A stretch of DNA of 63,950 nucleotides, filler included, from Hyphochytrium catenoides (taxonomy: Eukaryota > Protista > Hyphochytriomycota), in assembly GCA_900088475.1 (NCBI GenBank). It is 7 parts of 7 records of this genome, joined end to end, with 100 filler letters (N's around TTAATTAATTAA, not from the genome) between each part and the next. Parts side by side here need not be neighbours in the genome. Positions count along the whole stretch, not along the records: positions 22,489 to 34,200 come from FLMG01001153.1; positions 34,301 to 55,219 come from FLMG01002295.1; 5 more parts are not named here. The stretch is one strand, 5' to 3'. The translations under genes and the position numbers were made by a program. The notes beneath the pieces are model-generated. The model saw only the letters and a list, made by a program, of their open reading frames with translations, was not told the origin of the DNA and searched no databases. This document shows, in pieces, positions 26,359 to 39,100 of this stretch (the stretch's first letter is position 1; the number at the start of each line of letters is the position of its first letter).

Positions 26359-28498
26359 CTGGATCTTCGACCATCCTTCGGCGTCTGCTGCTGAGCATTA
26401 TGATCTAGAGCCAATAATGTCCTCAGACAACGGTTGGGAGCTTCATCGTTGACAACAGCCGCCTCAGTCTCTTCCAGATAGCCGTAAGTCTGGCTGCCTG
26501 GCGAGCTCAGTCGTCTGGAGACCCTACTAGGATGAGGATCTAGTCCTCGTTCCGCAGTGGTTAGCGCAGCAGCGAGAGCGAAGAAGAACAAGCCATTAGT
26601 GTCCTCTCTCCCTCTTTCTTCGGAAGAGCCCGGCCGACTGAGGACGAAGAGAAAGGAAGAGGACCAGGATGATCCTATGTAACTTTGCTCCGCGCCTTCT
26701 CTTCATTCTTCCGTCACGAGACCTATTATGTCTTTCCGCCTTCTATCTCATGAGCTCTAAGGAGTGAGCACCGCTAACAGAGAACGGAGGTTGAGGTTCT
26801 CAGCTTTTTAAAATAGACAAGCTTACCGCGCCGTGCAGGCATTTTGCTCTGTCTTTCTCCACTATAAATCCATAAAGAGTTTCTCTTCACAGGTGCTCTC
26901 ACCCGAGATCTCGTTATTACTCTCTGCGTAGCGTCGTCGCCGTCCGTGACCGTCTGTCTAGCTCTTCTTCACTAGGCTGTTCAGAGAGAGAGAGAGAGAG
27001 AATGTGAGCTTCCTACCCTTTCCATCATTTGCCAGTTGAGAAGAGAACCTACTCTCTGCTCTTCCAATAGAGCTAGTTCTGTCTTTCCTCTCTGCTAAGC
27101 GGACTCTTTCCATTCCTTCCCTCTCCTTCACTGCGTCTTCTTCAGGTTGCTACCCGCTGTGGCTCTTAAAGATTGAACGGAAGGAAAGATTAGATGAGAG
27201 AGAGATGCCAAGAAGGTCCATAGACCTCTTCTACTGCTTCTCTTACGTGCTCTCCCTCGTCCACTTAGTGCTGACAGCTTCGCTTCACCTTCTCTCCCAG
27301 CAATCCCTAGCTAAAGCTTGGCCTAGACCGTTGCACGAGCAGTAAAGCAGACAACATTGTTGAGTTCAAAGCTCCATAAACCCTCTTTCCTTCCTCGAGC
27401 CTGCCAGAGTTGTAGCTAAGAGAGGTGCCAGTGATTTGTCTAGCTACTGAGTCAAACAACATGCAGGGCGCAGACGGGTCTCTATAGGAAGCGATCGAGT
27501 CTGCGCCTTCTCAATAACCTCTCTCTCCTCTAGGCTAAGCATCGTACCGAGAGCAACATAGAGATAAGTTTGTTGGCCACGAGAGGAAGAGTGGCTTCAA
27601 GGAATGAGCAGGACAGGGAATGGGTGGAGAGAGGGCGAACACAGGCTGGCCAAGGGCGAAGATTGTAACCTCCAGACGCGAGGCCGAAGAAGAAGAGAGC
27701 AAGCCAGTGAGAGNNNNNNNNNNNNNNNNNNNNNNNNNNNNNNNNNNNNNNNNNNNNNNNNNNNNNNNNNNNAGAGACAGAGAGAGAGAGAGAGAGAGAG
27801 GAAGTGAAGAAGAGACAGGATCGGTCGGTGTATGGGCTGCACGTTCCTCTTTCAGGGTACTCACAGGACGCGTAGTCCTGACTTGAGGATTCAACGGATG
27901 GCTCTGACGAAGGATCTTTTCTCTATTTTTCCTTTCTGTTCTCTTCCTCTTTGTATGTTCCTATGGTAGCCTCTTTATGCAATCCCTCTTGCATGTTACG
28001 CCTTCTACCTCTGCATTATCAGGAAGGACAAGGCTTTCTTACTTGCGTGCGTTCCCTCAAAGTCTTCCTCTGCGTGGTGCTCGTCTGGAGTGAGGCCTTG
28101 CCAGCCAAGGTACAGAGAAAGCATCTTCTCACTCTCCTTCAAGACCGTCCTTGGTCGTCTTACATCACGAGAAGGCAGAAGAAAATGAGCGAACAGTGAG
28201 GAAGAACCAGGTGACGCAGGGTTAACGGCCAAACCTGTCCGTGTCCGTGCAAGAATGAGTGTCAACACTCCTTATGCTTTAAAAATAGAATAATTAAAAA
28301 CCGGACACACTCCGAGAGAGAGTTAGCAACACGGTCCAAGAGAGAGAAAGCGTTGAGTCAATTGTACAGAGAGAGAGAGAGAGAGAGAAAGGATGAGAGA
28401 TAGAAAGAGAAAGGGTGAGAAATAGAGAGAGAAAGAGTGAGAGAGAGAGAGAGAGAGTGAGATATATCTGATAAGCGAGAGGGGAGGAACACGACGCG

Positions 28499-30109
28499 CT
28501 AGAAAGCAAGGAAAGAAGTCCTCCGTCGACCACACTCATTCGAAAGAGAAGAGGGGCATCTCAGCCGCTTCAGCCGCACTCGAGAGTGGAGAAGGTCAAT
28601 GGGTGCCGACTCCTGAGGCTCTTCTGATGATGAAGAGAAACGAGACAGAACTGAAGAGAAAGAAAGGAGAGAGAAAGACAACCTCCTCCGGCTTCTCCTT
28701 AGTTGACTCGAAGAGAGGCTGCTACGAGACGCAGCGTTGAGAGGTCGAAGGAGAAGTGTCTCTCCTTCCTCCTCTTCCGCGTCCTCTTGGCTCTCTCCAT
28801 CTGACTCCAGTCGGAAGCCCTGGAATCTATGGATCCGGACACTGTCTTCCTTTTCTGCTGTCTCTTTCTCTTCCTCTTCATGATCTCTCTTTCTTAGCTG
28901 CTGCTCCTGAGAGCTGTCTCTTCTTTCTCTGTTCTCTGTCTCTTTACTCTCTCCTGCGCCCTTGGTTGGGCCTGAACAGACAGGAGAGAGAGAAGAATTG
29001 AAGCCCACGACGTGACCCGAGGCCCGCCTCTTCTCCTCTTTCTCTCCACCACGAGAACGCTCTCTTTCCACCTTTTTCCAGCTTATTGTTTCCAAAGAAG
29101 AAGAGGCATCTTTCTCTTCCTCATCTCCTCTCGTACCCTCTTCCTCTCCTGGTCGTTGTCCTTCTCCTCTCTTTCGAGTCTTTGAGGACATACAAGGCGG
29201 GCCAAAGGTTCGGAGGGATTGGACCTCAAAGCTCCTTCTGAAGCTTTGCCAACCAGAGAGAGAAAGAGAGTAGTCGGTCGTGTCTTCCACACCGATGACA
29301 GAGCTTCTTCGTCTTATTCTTCTTCGTCCATCTTCCCACCATCTCCCAAAGCATGACCACGGGTTAGAACCTTCTCTCTCCTCGCCATGGGTATCTGTCA
29401 AAGAGGAGGGATGAGGAGAGAGACACGCCTCCACGCTGGAGAAAGAAAGAGCGTTGCGGTCTCTGAGAAACGGTGCCTCTTGCCTCTGAGGAGGCGGAAG
29501 ACGGAGAAAATGAGCAAGAAGAGACAGAAGATCGCAGTGACGGGCACATTGACGGAGGTGGAAGAGCGAGTGCCTTCGAACTCGGGAGAGAAGAGAGAAA
29601 AAGAGACCATTAGCGAGGTCTCTTCCCTCTTGTCTAGCAATCCATTCTCTCCTGGGTCCTGCTGTCAGCAGACAGACAAGCGGCCAGCGACAATGTGAAG
29701 AAAATGGTCGAAAGGCTCGAAGATTCTCAAGTATATCCTGGCAGACCTCACACACCTTGCCGCGCCGCCTGCGAAGCTTCTCCAGACGTGTGTGCAGCTT
29801 CAGAATGGCTTTGTACGGCTGAGAGATCTCATAGGAAGGAAGCTGGCCGCCCAAGAACTGAATGGAGAGAAGGAACTCAAGATCCTCAGAGCTCGAGGAC
29901 GAGGAAGAGAGACCGGCACCAGCAAGAGAAGAGGAAGAGGAAGCTCCTACGCAGGACACAGAGAAGACAGCCTTCAATGCTAAGACGTTGATGGGCAAGC
30001 TGCCCCGGGGAGAAGAAGTTCTGTCTTCTCTGTCTCTTTCTTCTTCTTCTGACTGCCTTTCCCTGGCGGCGGCTCTCTCCTCCTCTCTGGCGCCGTAGTG
30101 CGGGCTCAT
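28499..30109 (-). CDS. Hypothetical protein with a divergent PX (Phox)-like N-terminal domain carrying a CxxC insert and a low-complexity tail
   Basis: 536-aa ATG-initiated ORF. LEFLLSIQF...YEISQPYKAILKLHTRLEKL...CEVCQDIL...LLAHFLRL resembles the PX pattern. Confidence 0.55.
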   Translation of the reverse strand: MSPHYGAREEERAAARERQSEEEERDREDRTSSPRGSLPINVLALKAVFSVSCVGASSSSSLAGAGLSSSSSSSEDLEFLLSIQFLGGQLPSYEISQPYKAILKLHTRLEKLRRRRGKVCEVCQDILENLRAFRPFSSHCRWPLVCLLTAGPRREWIARQEGRDLANGLFFSLLSRVRRHSLFHLRQCARHCDLLSLLAHFLRLPPPQRQEAPFLRDRNALSFSSVEACLSPHPSSLTDTHGEEREGSNPWSCFGRWWEDGRRRIRRRSSVIGVEDTTDYSLSLSGWQSFRRSFEVQSLRTFGPPCMSSKTRKRGEGQRPGEEEGTRGDEEEKDASSSLETISWKKVERERSRGGEKEEKRRASGHVVGFNSSLSPVCSGPTKGAGESKETENRERRDSSQEQQLRKRDHEEEEKETAEKEDSVRIHRFQGFRLESDGESQEDAEEEEGETLLLRPLNAASRSSLSSSQLRRSRRRLSFSLLSFSSVLSRFSSSSEEPQESAPIDLLHSRVRLKRLRCPSSLSNECGRRRTSFLAF

Positions 30110-30742
30110 CTTCTTCTATCGGGGCTGTTTTTCCGTTTCTCTTTTCTTTTCTTCTTGCTGCATTATCGGCCGTCCATAGCTAGTGACGCCCGCAGCTGTC
30201 ACTGAGAGAGCTCACGGGTAGGACCTTGTCTGAGGTGTTGAACAATAAGAGAGAGGGAGAGACAGGGAGAGAGAGAGAAGAGGGGAGAGAGAAAGAGAGA
30301 AAGAGATACAAGATGACCGGTAAGAGCCGGACGGCCTCTCTTTCGATAGTGAGTAGCTACCAGTCAGACCTGAAAAGCCGGGAAGTGCGCAGCCGCGCGC
30401 TGGGTCTGCCACAAGAAAGAGATCCCTACTACTGGCGAAAGAGCAAGAAAGATAGGGAAAGAGAGAGAGAAAGAGAGAGAGAACTGCGATTCCGAGAAGG
30501 AGAACAGTGTAGTGAGGTCGGTTCTGTTGATTAGATGGTCACGGCTCTATCTTGGTCTGTCCATCATCCGCAGCACGGCTTTTCCTTCTGTTGCCTTTTC
30601 TGCGGCAGTGACTTCCTTACATGTACAACTAGAGACTTCATTCACTCTCTTCTTCTCATTGACATCGTAACGATGCCCTGCTGGATGACGTAAGAGCAAT
30701 GAACAAGGAGAATAGGAAAAGAGATGGAGAGACAGAGTGCGG

Positions 30743-30798
<56 letters not shown>

Positions 30799-31180
30799 CC
30801 TATTCGGGCAGAGGAGACAAGAACAAGGAAACAACGAGCACAGCAGAGCCAAAGAGAGAAGACACCGACATAGCGAGACCAAAAGGGCGAGAAGAGGAAG
30901 AGGAGTGAGGAAGAGAAATAAGGGATGCGAACATGAAGAAAAGTGAGAACAGAGACATCATGAGGGTGAGGAAACAGGGACGTAGTGGTAATAAGTAGAG
31001 AGAGGAGAGAGAAAGGGTTTAAAAATAAGAAGCTGTGAGGAAGAGAGGGAAGAAAAAGAGAAAGAGAGAGACAGAGAGAGAGAGAGAGAGAGNNNNNNNN
31101 NNNNNNNNNNNNNNNNNNNNNNNNNNNNNNNNNNNNNNNNNNNNNNNNNNNNGAGAGAGGGAGAGAGAGAGAGGAAGGAC

Positions 31181-31217
<37 letters not shown>

Positions 31218-31221
31218 GGAC

Positions 31222-31257
<36 letters not shown>

Positions 31258-34200
31258 AGGGAGAAAGAGAGAGAGAGAGAGAAGAGACAGAAAGTGTGGT
31301 GGGACAACGGGCGGGGATTTCTCTGGGCCACCAGGTCAAAAGGATACTCTACAAATTACAGACGAAACGCTCTGTAGCACTCACCTTTATCTACGATACT
31401 ATTAGCTTTCTATAGAATGACAATATCTAAAATGTCAGATATTCCAGACACTAACTCCGGTGACGATTCACTAGTCGTAGATCTTGGTGATCTTAGTGCT
31501 TTGGTAGAAGGGAAGAGAGGTTACAATGCCGTCATCATTACCTTGTTGCATCAGTAAGCAGAGCAGAAGAATTATGCACTACACTGCTATTTAAAGTTGT
31601 TCAACAATCTCAATAATGTCTTCGTTCGCGAAGAAGAACGAGCAGCAGCAGCAGATGAAATGCTGTGATGAGCATCGCAGAGAAGAAAAGTAATAAATAG
31701 GGACAGCAGCAGGAAGAGCAGACAAGGGAGGAGGAGGATCGTCCATAATCTGACCACAGCACCATTCTCTGGGTCGTGATCACGTGCTCTCTGTTCTCTG
31801 TAATGGCAAGAGGGATGATGATGGCGTTATGACGCGCGCCTGATGGTTCTGACGAAGACGCACCCACCACCTCAAGACAGTCTTCTTCACAGTGTCATTC
31901 AGTTCAGGGTTGCTCACCAAGGCCGAATCTATTTACTATAAAGCTGCTGCTTGATCCGTGGTGGTGTCACGACCGTGGTGGTGTCTAGGTTATCACGGTT
32001 ATCGACCTTCTTCTGATAGCAATGCAAGGCGTCAAGAAGTGATTGTTGGCCCCTACTAGGCAATCTCCTTTGGCACCACAAAGGGAGTGAGTTGTCTGGA
32101 CAGTTTCTTCCCAGGGCGCCGCTGCAGCAGAAAAAAGCCCGATGATGGCACCCACCGCCGATGGCGGTAACCACCACCAGCGGCAGTTCAGAGCCACTGC
32201 AATCGATATCCAGAGACCATCGCAACCTTATTATCCGCGCTATAGCAAGTAGAGATGATACTGAGGGTCCTCTTCTACTGCTTTCATCGTGTCTTCTGCA
32301 AAACTGCGGTATAAGGAGTTACAGTCTGGCAATGGCCAGTTTACAACACGTCTTCTCAACATTGCATGGCATGCATTGAAGACCTCTTCCAGTTAAAGAG
32401 GAAGAGGAGCTGTTCCAATGCGCCGCCCCAATTGTTCGGCCACAGGAATAAGCAGAGGATGCAGCGGGGACGACCTGAAAATGACTTAACTGCGTACAGC
32501 AATAACCAGTTCATAGTATTCCCCGTACGCCGCAGCCTCCATCATCGCTATCATCATTTACGTGCTAGGTGGTGGCGAATCCTCGTTGACGAAAGGGCGC
32601 ACTAACACACCTACAACAACTCCCCCGTATCAAGGGCTAGAGTCTTTCCGTCCTCGCTGTGTAGACTGGCGGAAGAAGCGCTCGTGAAGCGGCTCGCTCT
32701 TTCGCTCATCCTACCCCACTGTCTCTTTCTTGAAAGCCACACCGGCCATCATCCTGTCCGATTCTAGTTCTTTCTCCTTCTCCTCGAATGCACCAGCGCA
32801 TCAAAGAACCCATCACCATGTTGTCAGCTTGCCCCGCCAAGCAGCGGGCGTCCGTCATCCACTAAAAGCTCTACGTGGAACGTTCCCTATATTTACATCC
32901 AAGCTCTGTAGAGGTTGCCAATCCATGGCTTCAGGTGACTGCTCTCCTTTTCTTCTCTCTCTTTCTCTCTCTCTCTCTCTTGCTTTCTTCACTTGAATTT
33001 TTATTTATAAAAGAGGAATCACAGTTTTTTCTTTATATTATAAAGAACTACTACCATCGCTACTAGCAGACTAATTCTAGAAGAAGAAGAAAGTGAAGAA
33101 GAAGAAGAGGAAAAAGAAGAGAAGAAAAGCTAAGAAGCCTTATTAGGCTCTTCCATCATCTCAGCTCGAACCTGCTCCCTGCTCATCATCAGTAAAAGAA
33201 GAATCATAGTTGATTTCCTCAGTAATGATGAGCGGAGAAGAAGGAGGAGGAGAAGGTGAACCACCATTTCCATAGAAAAATAGCACTATCTGCTGTTCTC
33301 TCATGACAGATGACAGAGTTACACTGACACAGATTGTATGTCTGGAGCAGCTAATTGTTAACAAAACACAGTACTAGTTGCTTCCTCTCCATCTCTCTCT
33401 CTCTTCTCTCCTGCTGGAAATGGTCTAAGATCCTGACCTCTGTTTCTTCCTCTGTCTCGTGCGCGCGGCAGATGTGACGAGGTCGGAAATATGACACAAC
33501 GTGGAGTGAACATGGCGGGCATCAAAGGGAAATCGAAAGGACCCAGAACTGGGCGTTAGCCGCCTAGATCGGCTAGTTCTAAATACCTGTCTAACTTTTA
33601 GAAAATTCTTGGCCTAACCATGGCAAAACGGACAAACTGGTAATAAAATGCATCTTTCATGCTCATATTGTAATGCGCTCCATGATTTGGACTGCGACGT
33701 CTTTTCGCCGTCAAACGTAGAAATGTCGGTGTTGTGCTATCTGGGCAATAGTAATGGCCAATAGACGGTCTAACACAGGCACAGCATGTCATATTATTTC
33801 AATGCTGGGGCATGCGGGCGCTAAAAACTCTGAGAATAGAACAGCATACCGCTGGCTCTGTTCTGCAGTCCCATGTCCAATGTCTTTGTGCATCAACATT
33901 TAGGACTGCTGATGATTTTTAGACGACGTGAGCTTTGTTCATAGATTTGTATGGGAGATTTGGGCCTTTTGATGGAGTAATTTAGAACAAGAACCAAAGT
34001 TTTACCAGGAACGAAAAGGCAAGGGTCAAAAATTGTCATTGTCTGTCTCTGTCTCCTCAAAGGATATCTCTCCATTTAGTCAACTCTTCTCTCTGAGTGA
34101 GTTACAGGGTTCGCTTACCTTTATGCCTTACACTCTATCTCGCTGTACTCCCTACTCTGTCTTGAACGTCAATCTCTCTCTCTCGTGGGGTGTGAGGCTG

Positions 34201-34300
34201 NNNNNNNNNNNNNNNNNNNNNNNNNNNNNNNNNNNNNNNNNNNNTTAATTAATTAANNNNNNNNNNNNNNNNNNNNNNNNNNNNNNNNNNNNNNNNNNNN
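34201..34300. other. Artificial 100-nt scaffold spacer
   Basis: 44 N + TTAATTAATTAA + 44 N. Confidence 0.97.
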
Positions 34301-34772
34301 GAGAGAGAGAGAGAGAGAGAGAGAGAGTGTGTGACTCTGTGTGAGAATGTGTGTGAGGGAAGGAGATTGAGGAAGAGAAGTGTGCGAAGGAGAAAGAAAA
34401 TCAAAAGAGAGAGGAAGGCAAACGAGAGAGAGAGAGAGAGAGACAGAGAGAGAGAGAAAGACAGAGGGATAGAGCGAGGAGCGAGAGTGTCGTCAAGGAC
34501 AGAAGGAGCCTATCTACCCGGGGGAGGCAGGAGGGGCTCAGTCATCGAAGGATGAGGGAGCGGCGAGGAGGAGAGAGAAAAAGCAGGATGACGAAGACAA
34601 CCCGAGAGGGGGATGAGCTGGGCAGGATGGGAAGAATGGCAAGAAAGAAGCCGTGCGGGGCGAGAGAGAGCTAGGGAGAGAGAAACGGAGAGGTAGACAG
34701 AGAGAGACAGGAGAGAAAAAGAGACAGGAAGAGGGCGATAGAGAGAGACGGGAGCTGAAAGGAGCGACTCAC

Positions 34773-35000
34773 CTGCCGCTGCCATCCCAGAAAAGCCCCG
34801 CCGTCGTAGGCGAGGAACGCCCTAAACTTGGTCAGGCTCGCGACAAGACTTCCATCGTCTCCTCCAATCTCTTCCTCTTCTCCTTTTCCCACCTTCTCTC
34901 TTCGCTGATTCGCTACTCTCTCTTTCTGTCTCTCTCTCTCTGTGTCTGACTCCTCCTCATCGCCCTTCTCCCGTCTCCCTTCCTGCTGGCCCTGGACCAT
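34773..35000 (-). CDS. truA: tRNA pseudouridine synthase A (TruA family) N-terminal exon; remainder not seen, probably beyond scaffold edge
   Basis: KFRAFLAYDGGAFLGWQRQ (YDGxxFxGWQxQ motif) followed by donor gtgagt. Confidence 0.7.
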
Positions 35001-35296
35001 CGCGGAGCCACAGGAAACACAAGGCGCTGCTCTTATCTCTTGCTGAGAGATTATGGTGAAACCCCCACCGTGACGCAGGGCCAGACTGACAGATCAGGCG
35101 AGCGCGATCAGCGGCGTGCCCCAACCGACGGGTGGGGACGAGAAGAGCGAGAGGGAGAGAGGNNNNNNNNNNNNNNNNNNNNNNNNNNNNNNNNNNNNNN
35201 NNNNNNNNNNNNNNNNNNNNNNNNNNNNNNNNNNNNNNNNNNNNNNNNNNNNNNNNNNNNNNNGAGAGAGAGAAAAAGAAAGAGAGAGAAAAAGAA

Positions 35297-35334
<38 letters not shown>

Positions 35335-36168
35335 GAAGTGATGAGAAGATGCGAACACGTCTCCTTTTATCGCCAGGCACATCCCCAACCCGTGAACGAA
35401 CTACAATAGACAACCTATTCACACAGACCTTACTACAACACCGAACCGAAGGGTTTGGAGGGAAGCACTCACAACAAACTCGCTCTCTTTCTGGCATTCT
35501 TATGAACCACTTCTGCTTCTTACAGAGCAGCGCGGAGAGCATCACTGTCGACCTCTCCAAAGAGAACCAGCGAATGGGATCGAGTCTGGAGACTCTGTCT
35601 GAGTCGACCTGAACGCTATCATCACACAGGAAGTTGTAAGTCAGTCACACATACTTCAGGAGAGCCATCGACTCATTTGTCATTATGTCCTGGCCACAGA
35701 TAGTGAGCCAGAGAACGGAGAGTGAAGGGAGCGGGAGAGAGAAAGAGCGAGAATGCGAGCGGTTCGAGACAAAGAGAGAGCGTGGAAGAGAGAGAGAGGG
35801 GGGGAGAGAAAGAGAGAGAGAGAGGAAGAGAGACTTTGCAAGTAGAAGCGGCAGCAAGCAATAGAAGAGCAGGTCACAGACAGAGCTAAAGGCCATCGCT
35901 ACTTACAAAGCGTAGTATAAAATAGATTATTAGTCGCAAGACACATTCCCAACACTTCCATCAACCCGCAAAGATTAGCTTTGCAAAGACAGACCGAGAG
36001 AGCGAGAGAACATTAGAAAAACAAGAGCCATAGAGAAGAGAGAGAGAGGCGAAGCAGTTGAAGAGAAAAGTTAGACGCTACCCTCTAATGTCTGCTTAAG
36101 ACCAGAGCCTAAAGCCTCAGCAAATAAAAGAAGAGACAGCACATGAGAACTCGAGAAGGATCAATCGG

Positions 36169-39100
36169 TCAAGGGTCCGCGCTGAGGTCTTCGCCTGCGT
36201 TGAGCCGAAGGACGATTGGCACGCGCTTCCTCTTGACTATTGCTTCTTCTTCTTCCTGCTTTACTTGCGCGTCCGACTGCCGCCGTCGTTTTGTTCCCTG
36301 GGTGGCTGCGGAAGAGGGGAGAAGCGCGTAAAGCTGTCTCTCTTTCTCTTCCAAATCTTCCAGCAGTTCTTCTTCCTTCCTATTCAATGCACTGCCTTCA
36401 TTCTCATGACTGATCCCCTCAGAGCTGCTCTGGTGCTGGGTGTTGACTTTCACTTCTTGTGTAGGTTGAGATAAAGACCTACGCTCCCGCAAACTCCTCC
36501 GTGACCCTCTCTCTCTTTTCTCCCGCTCCCGAGGCTCTTCCGTCTCCTGGGTTGGCTCCTCCTGCGCCGAAGGCCTCAAGGACCTACGTGCCTGAGGTTT
36601 CCTCTCCTCTTTTAGTTCTACTACCTTACTGGGCTGCTCTTCTCGCCGGCGAGAGGAAGAGCGGACCCCAATCTCGGTGTTTTTTTCTAGAGGCACTGGT
36701 TCTTCCTCGACCTTGGGTGTGACGTTGAGGACGGGCTTAGAAGGGCTGGCGGAGACTATGCGGAGAGAAGAGCGGCGAGGTAACTCTCTTGGCCCGTCGC
36801 CCTCTTTCTGTTTCTTGTTAGCTCCGCGTTCTGCAGGCGCCTTCCTTTTCGTGGGAGTGGAGCGTGCAGACTTTCTTCTTGTTGTCCGTACCGTACCGTT
36901 CTTTTTGAAGCAGTCAGTGCACGTCCAAACATCCTGCTTTCTCGCTTCTTCTTCCGTGAGGCCGACACAAGGGGGATGGAACCAACCGCTGCAGACCTCG
37001 CAACCGATAAAGAAGCTCCCAGCCTCGTCCTCAGCGGCACATTTCCGACATCTCTAGAGAATTCAAGAGGACATTAGATGTGCAAGATGCTAACTTGAAA
37101 GAGACGAGGTGGTGCACAGACTTTGGAGAGGGAGGGAGGGGCAGAGGCAACGAAGAGAATCTGTTTACAAAAGGGAGATAGAAGTGCCTTATACCGAGTC
37201 ATCGTTCTTGCTACAGCTGCCGCAAACCCAAGAGGTTAGAGCTTCCGCTGCCTCTTCTGACAGTCCGACGCAGGGAGGATGGTACCATCGCTCGCATAGG
37301 TCGCACCTGCAAAGGAGAGAAGGGTGAGCTAGAGCTTAGAGAGTAGACGCAGTGCAGTGGCTTCCATATAACGTACCCAACCATCATTAGCGAAGTATCG
37401 TCCTCATAGCTCTTCCCACAGACGCACCGGTCACTGCTCAAGCCATCTGAAGCGCGAAAGGCGTGTCCACATTTGTGATGGTTAGCTTCTCTAACGAGTG
37501 GACAGGATAGAGCACCAGAGGAGTATATATTTATCGTTAACAGTGCATTTACCTTCGTCGTCACCAACTTCTGGCTGAACGTGGTCCTCGCAATAAAAGA
37601 CGCTCTCTCCCTCGTTGCCCGTGGGCTGGACCCTCCCCTTCGTTGATAATGCACAGCGAAGATGGTAACTGTGCTTGCAATCAGCTCTAAAGCAGCCAAT
37701 TGTCGCCCCTCGCTGCAAAAGAACGAACGCGGCGTTAAAATCATCGACAAAGAAGAAAGTGAAGACCGACCTGGAAAAGGAGAACGAGACAAGGAAGACA
37801 GGAGGAGACTATACCTGTTTGCAGACGGTGCAGATTAGCATTCTTCCTCGTTTGAGCGCCTTCTCCACGTTTCTATAGTTCTTCTTTTCATCAATAAACA
37901 CTTCAGGAGACCACTCTGCGCACCGCTGATGGACCCAGCACTTCTCTTTCTTCTGCTCTTTGGAGCCTACCGCAAACGAGAAAGGAAGGATGGGCCCTTC
38001 GACTTTATCCTCTTCTCCCATGTCCTCATAACCTCGTTCGGCAAGGGCTTTGCGGACGTTAATGCAAAGGCCGCAACGCTTAGGAGCTTGTTCATCGTCG
38101 TCCTCTTCCCCTTCCTCGTCATTGCTCTCTTTTGACGGCAGAGGTCTAGCCTTCCCGCCAGTGGAAGCCCGCCTGCTACCTCCGCCTCGCCCTCCTGCAT
38201 CTGTGAGCTTCCTCTTTTTACCTTTAATAGACGCAGGCGAAGCTTCGTCCCGGTCCTCCTTGTGCTTCAAGACCAGCCTGCAAACTCTGAGGGTTGATAG
38301 ACAGAAGGGAAAGGAGGCACAGCTTGAGTAAAAGCCTAAGAAAGGCATAGTACGATTGGCAGCAAAACGTTACCTTGCAGGCTTTTTAGCGGCTTTGCAC
38401 TTGGGGCATTTGCTCAGTTTCTTGACCGGTTGAGGAGACTCTTCTTCGTCCTCTTCGTCCTCTTCCTCCTCTTCGTCAACCCCGTCTTCGCAGACTACTT
38501 GTTGTCCTTTGACGGTGATGACACGCTTGCCCTTGAGGTGCTCAGGACAAATGATGAGAAAATTCAGGGCTCGGAAAAACTTCCCTTTGGGCAGACACTT
38601 GGCATGAAAGGCACGCGGACATCGGATACATTGTAACAGCGGACGAGACGAGGAGCCAGAGCATCTGTGACAGTTGTGCTGTGGACAAGCAAAGGAGGGC
38701 TCCCCTTTCCCTTCTAAGGATACGGCAAGCGCCTTTCCTGACTCTGTCCTCCACTGCTGCAGACATCTGGTGTGATAAAATCGGCCACAGCTCTCGTCTT
38801 CGCAGTTCCAAACTAGAGGACAGGCGTCACGTATAGGTCAGAAGAACGCACGCATACAGTGGTTTGGGCAGAAGGTGCTGGCTCCAACAAAGTAGACTTG
38901 ACTGAAGAAGGAAAACAATTGCACCCAACATCAAAATGCCCTGGAGCCCTACTACTGACGGCGTAACGAGCAAATGTTGGAAGGCGACGTGGCAAAGAAT
39001 GAGGCTGCCTTTGCCGGGGGCACATTGAAGCCAGGACACGAAAAAGAAGTACGGACAAGGGTAAGATAGAGCGTAGAGAACTCACCGCCATTCTTCGTGT

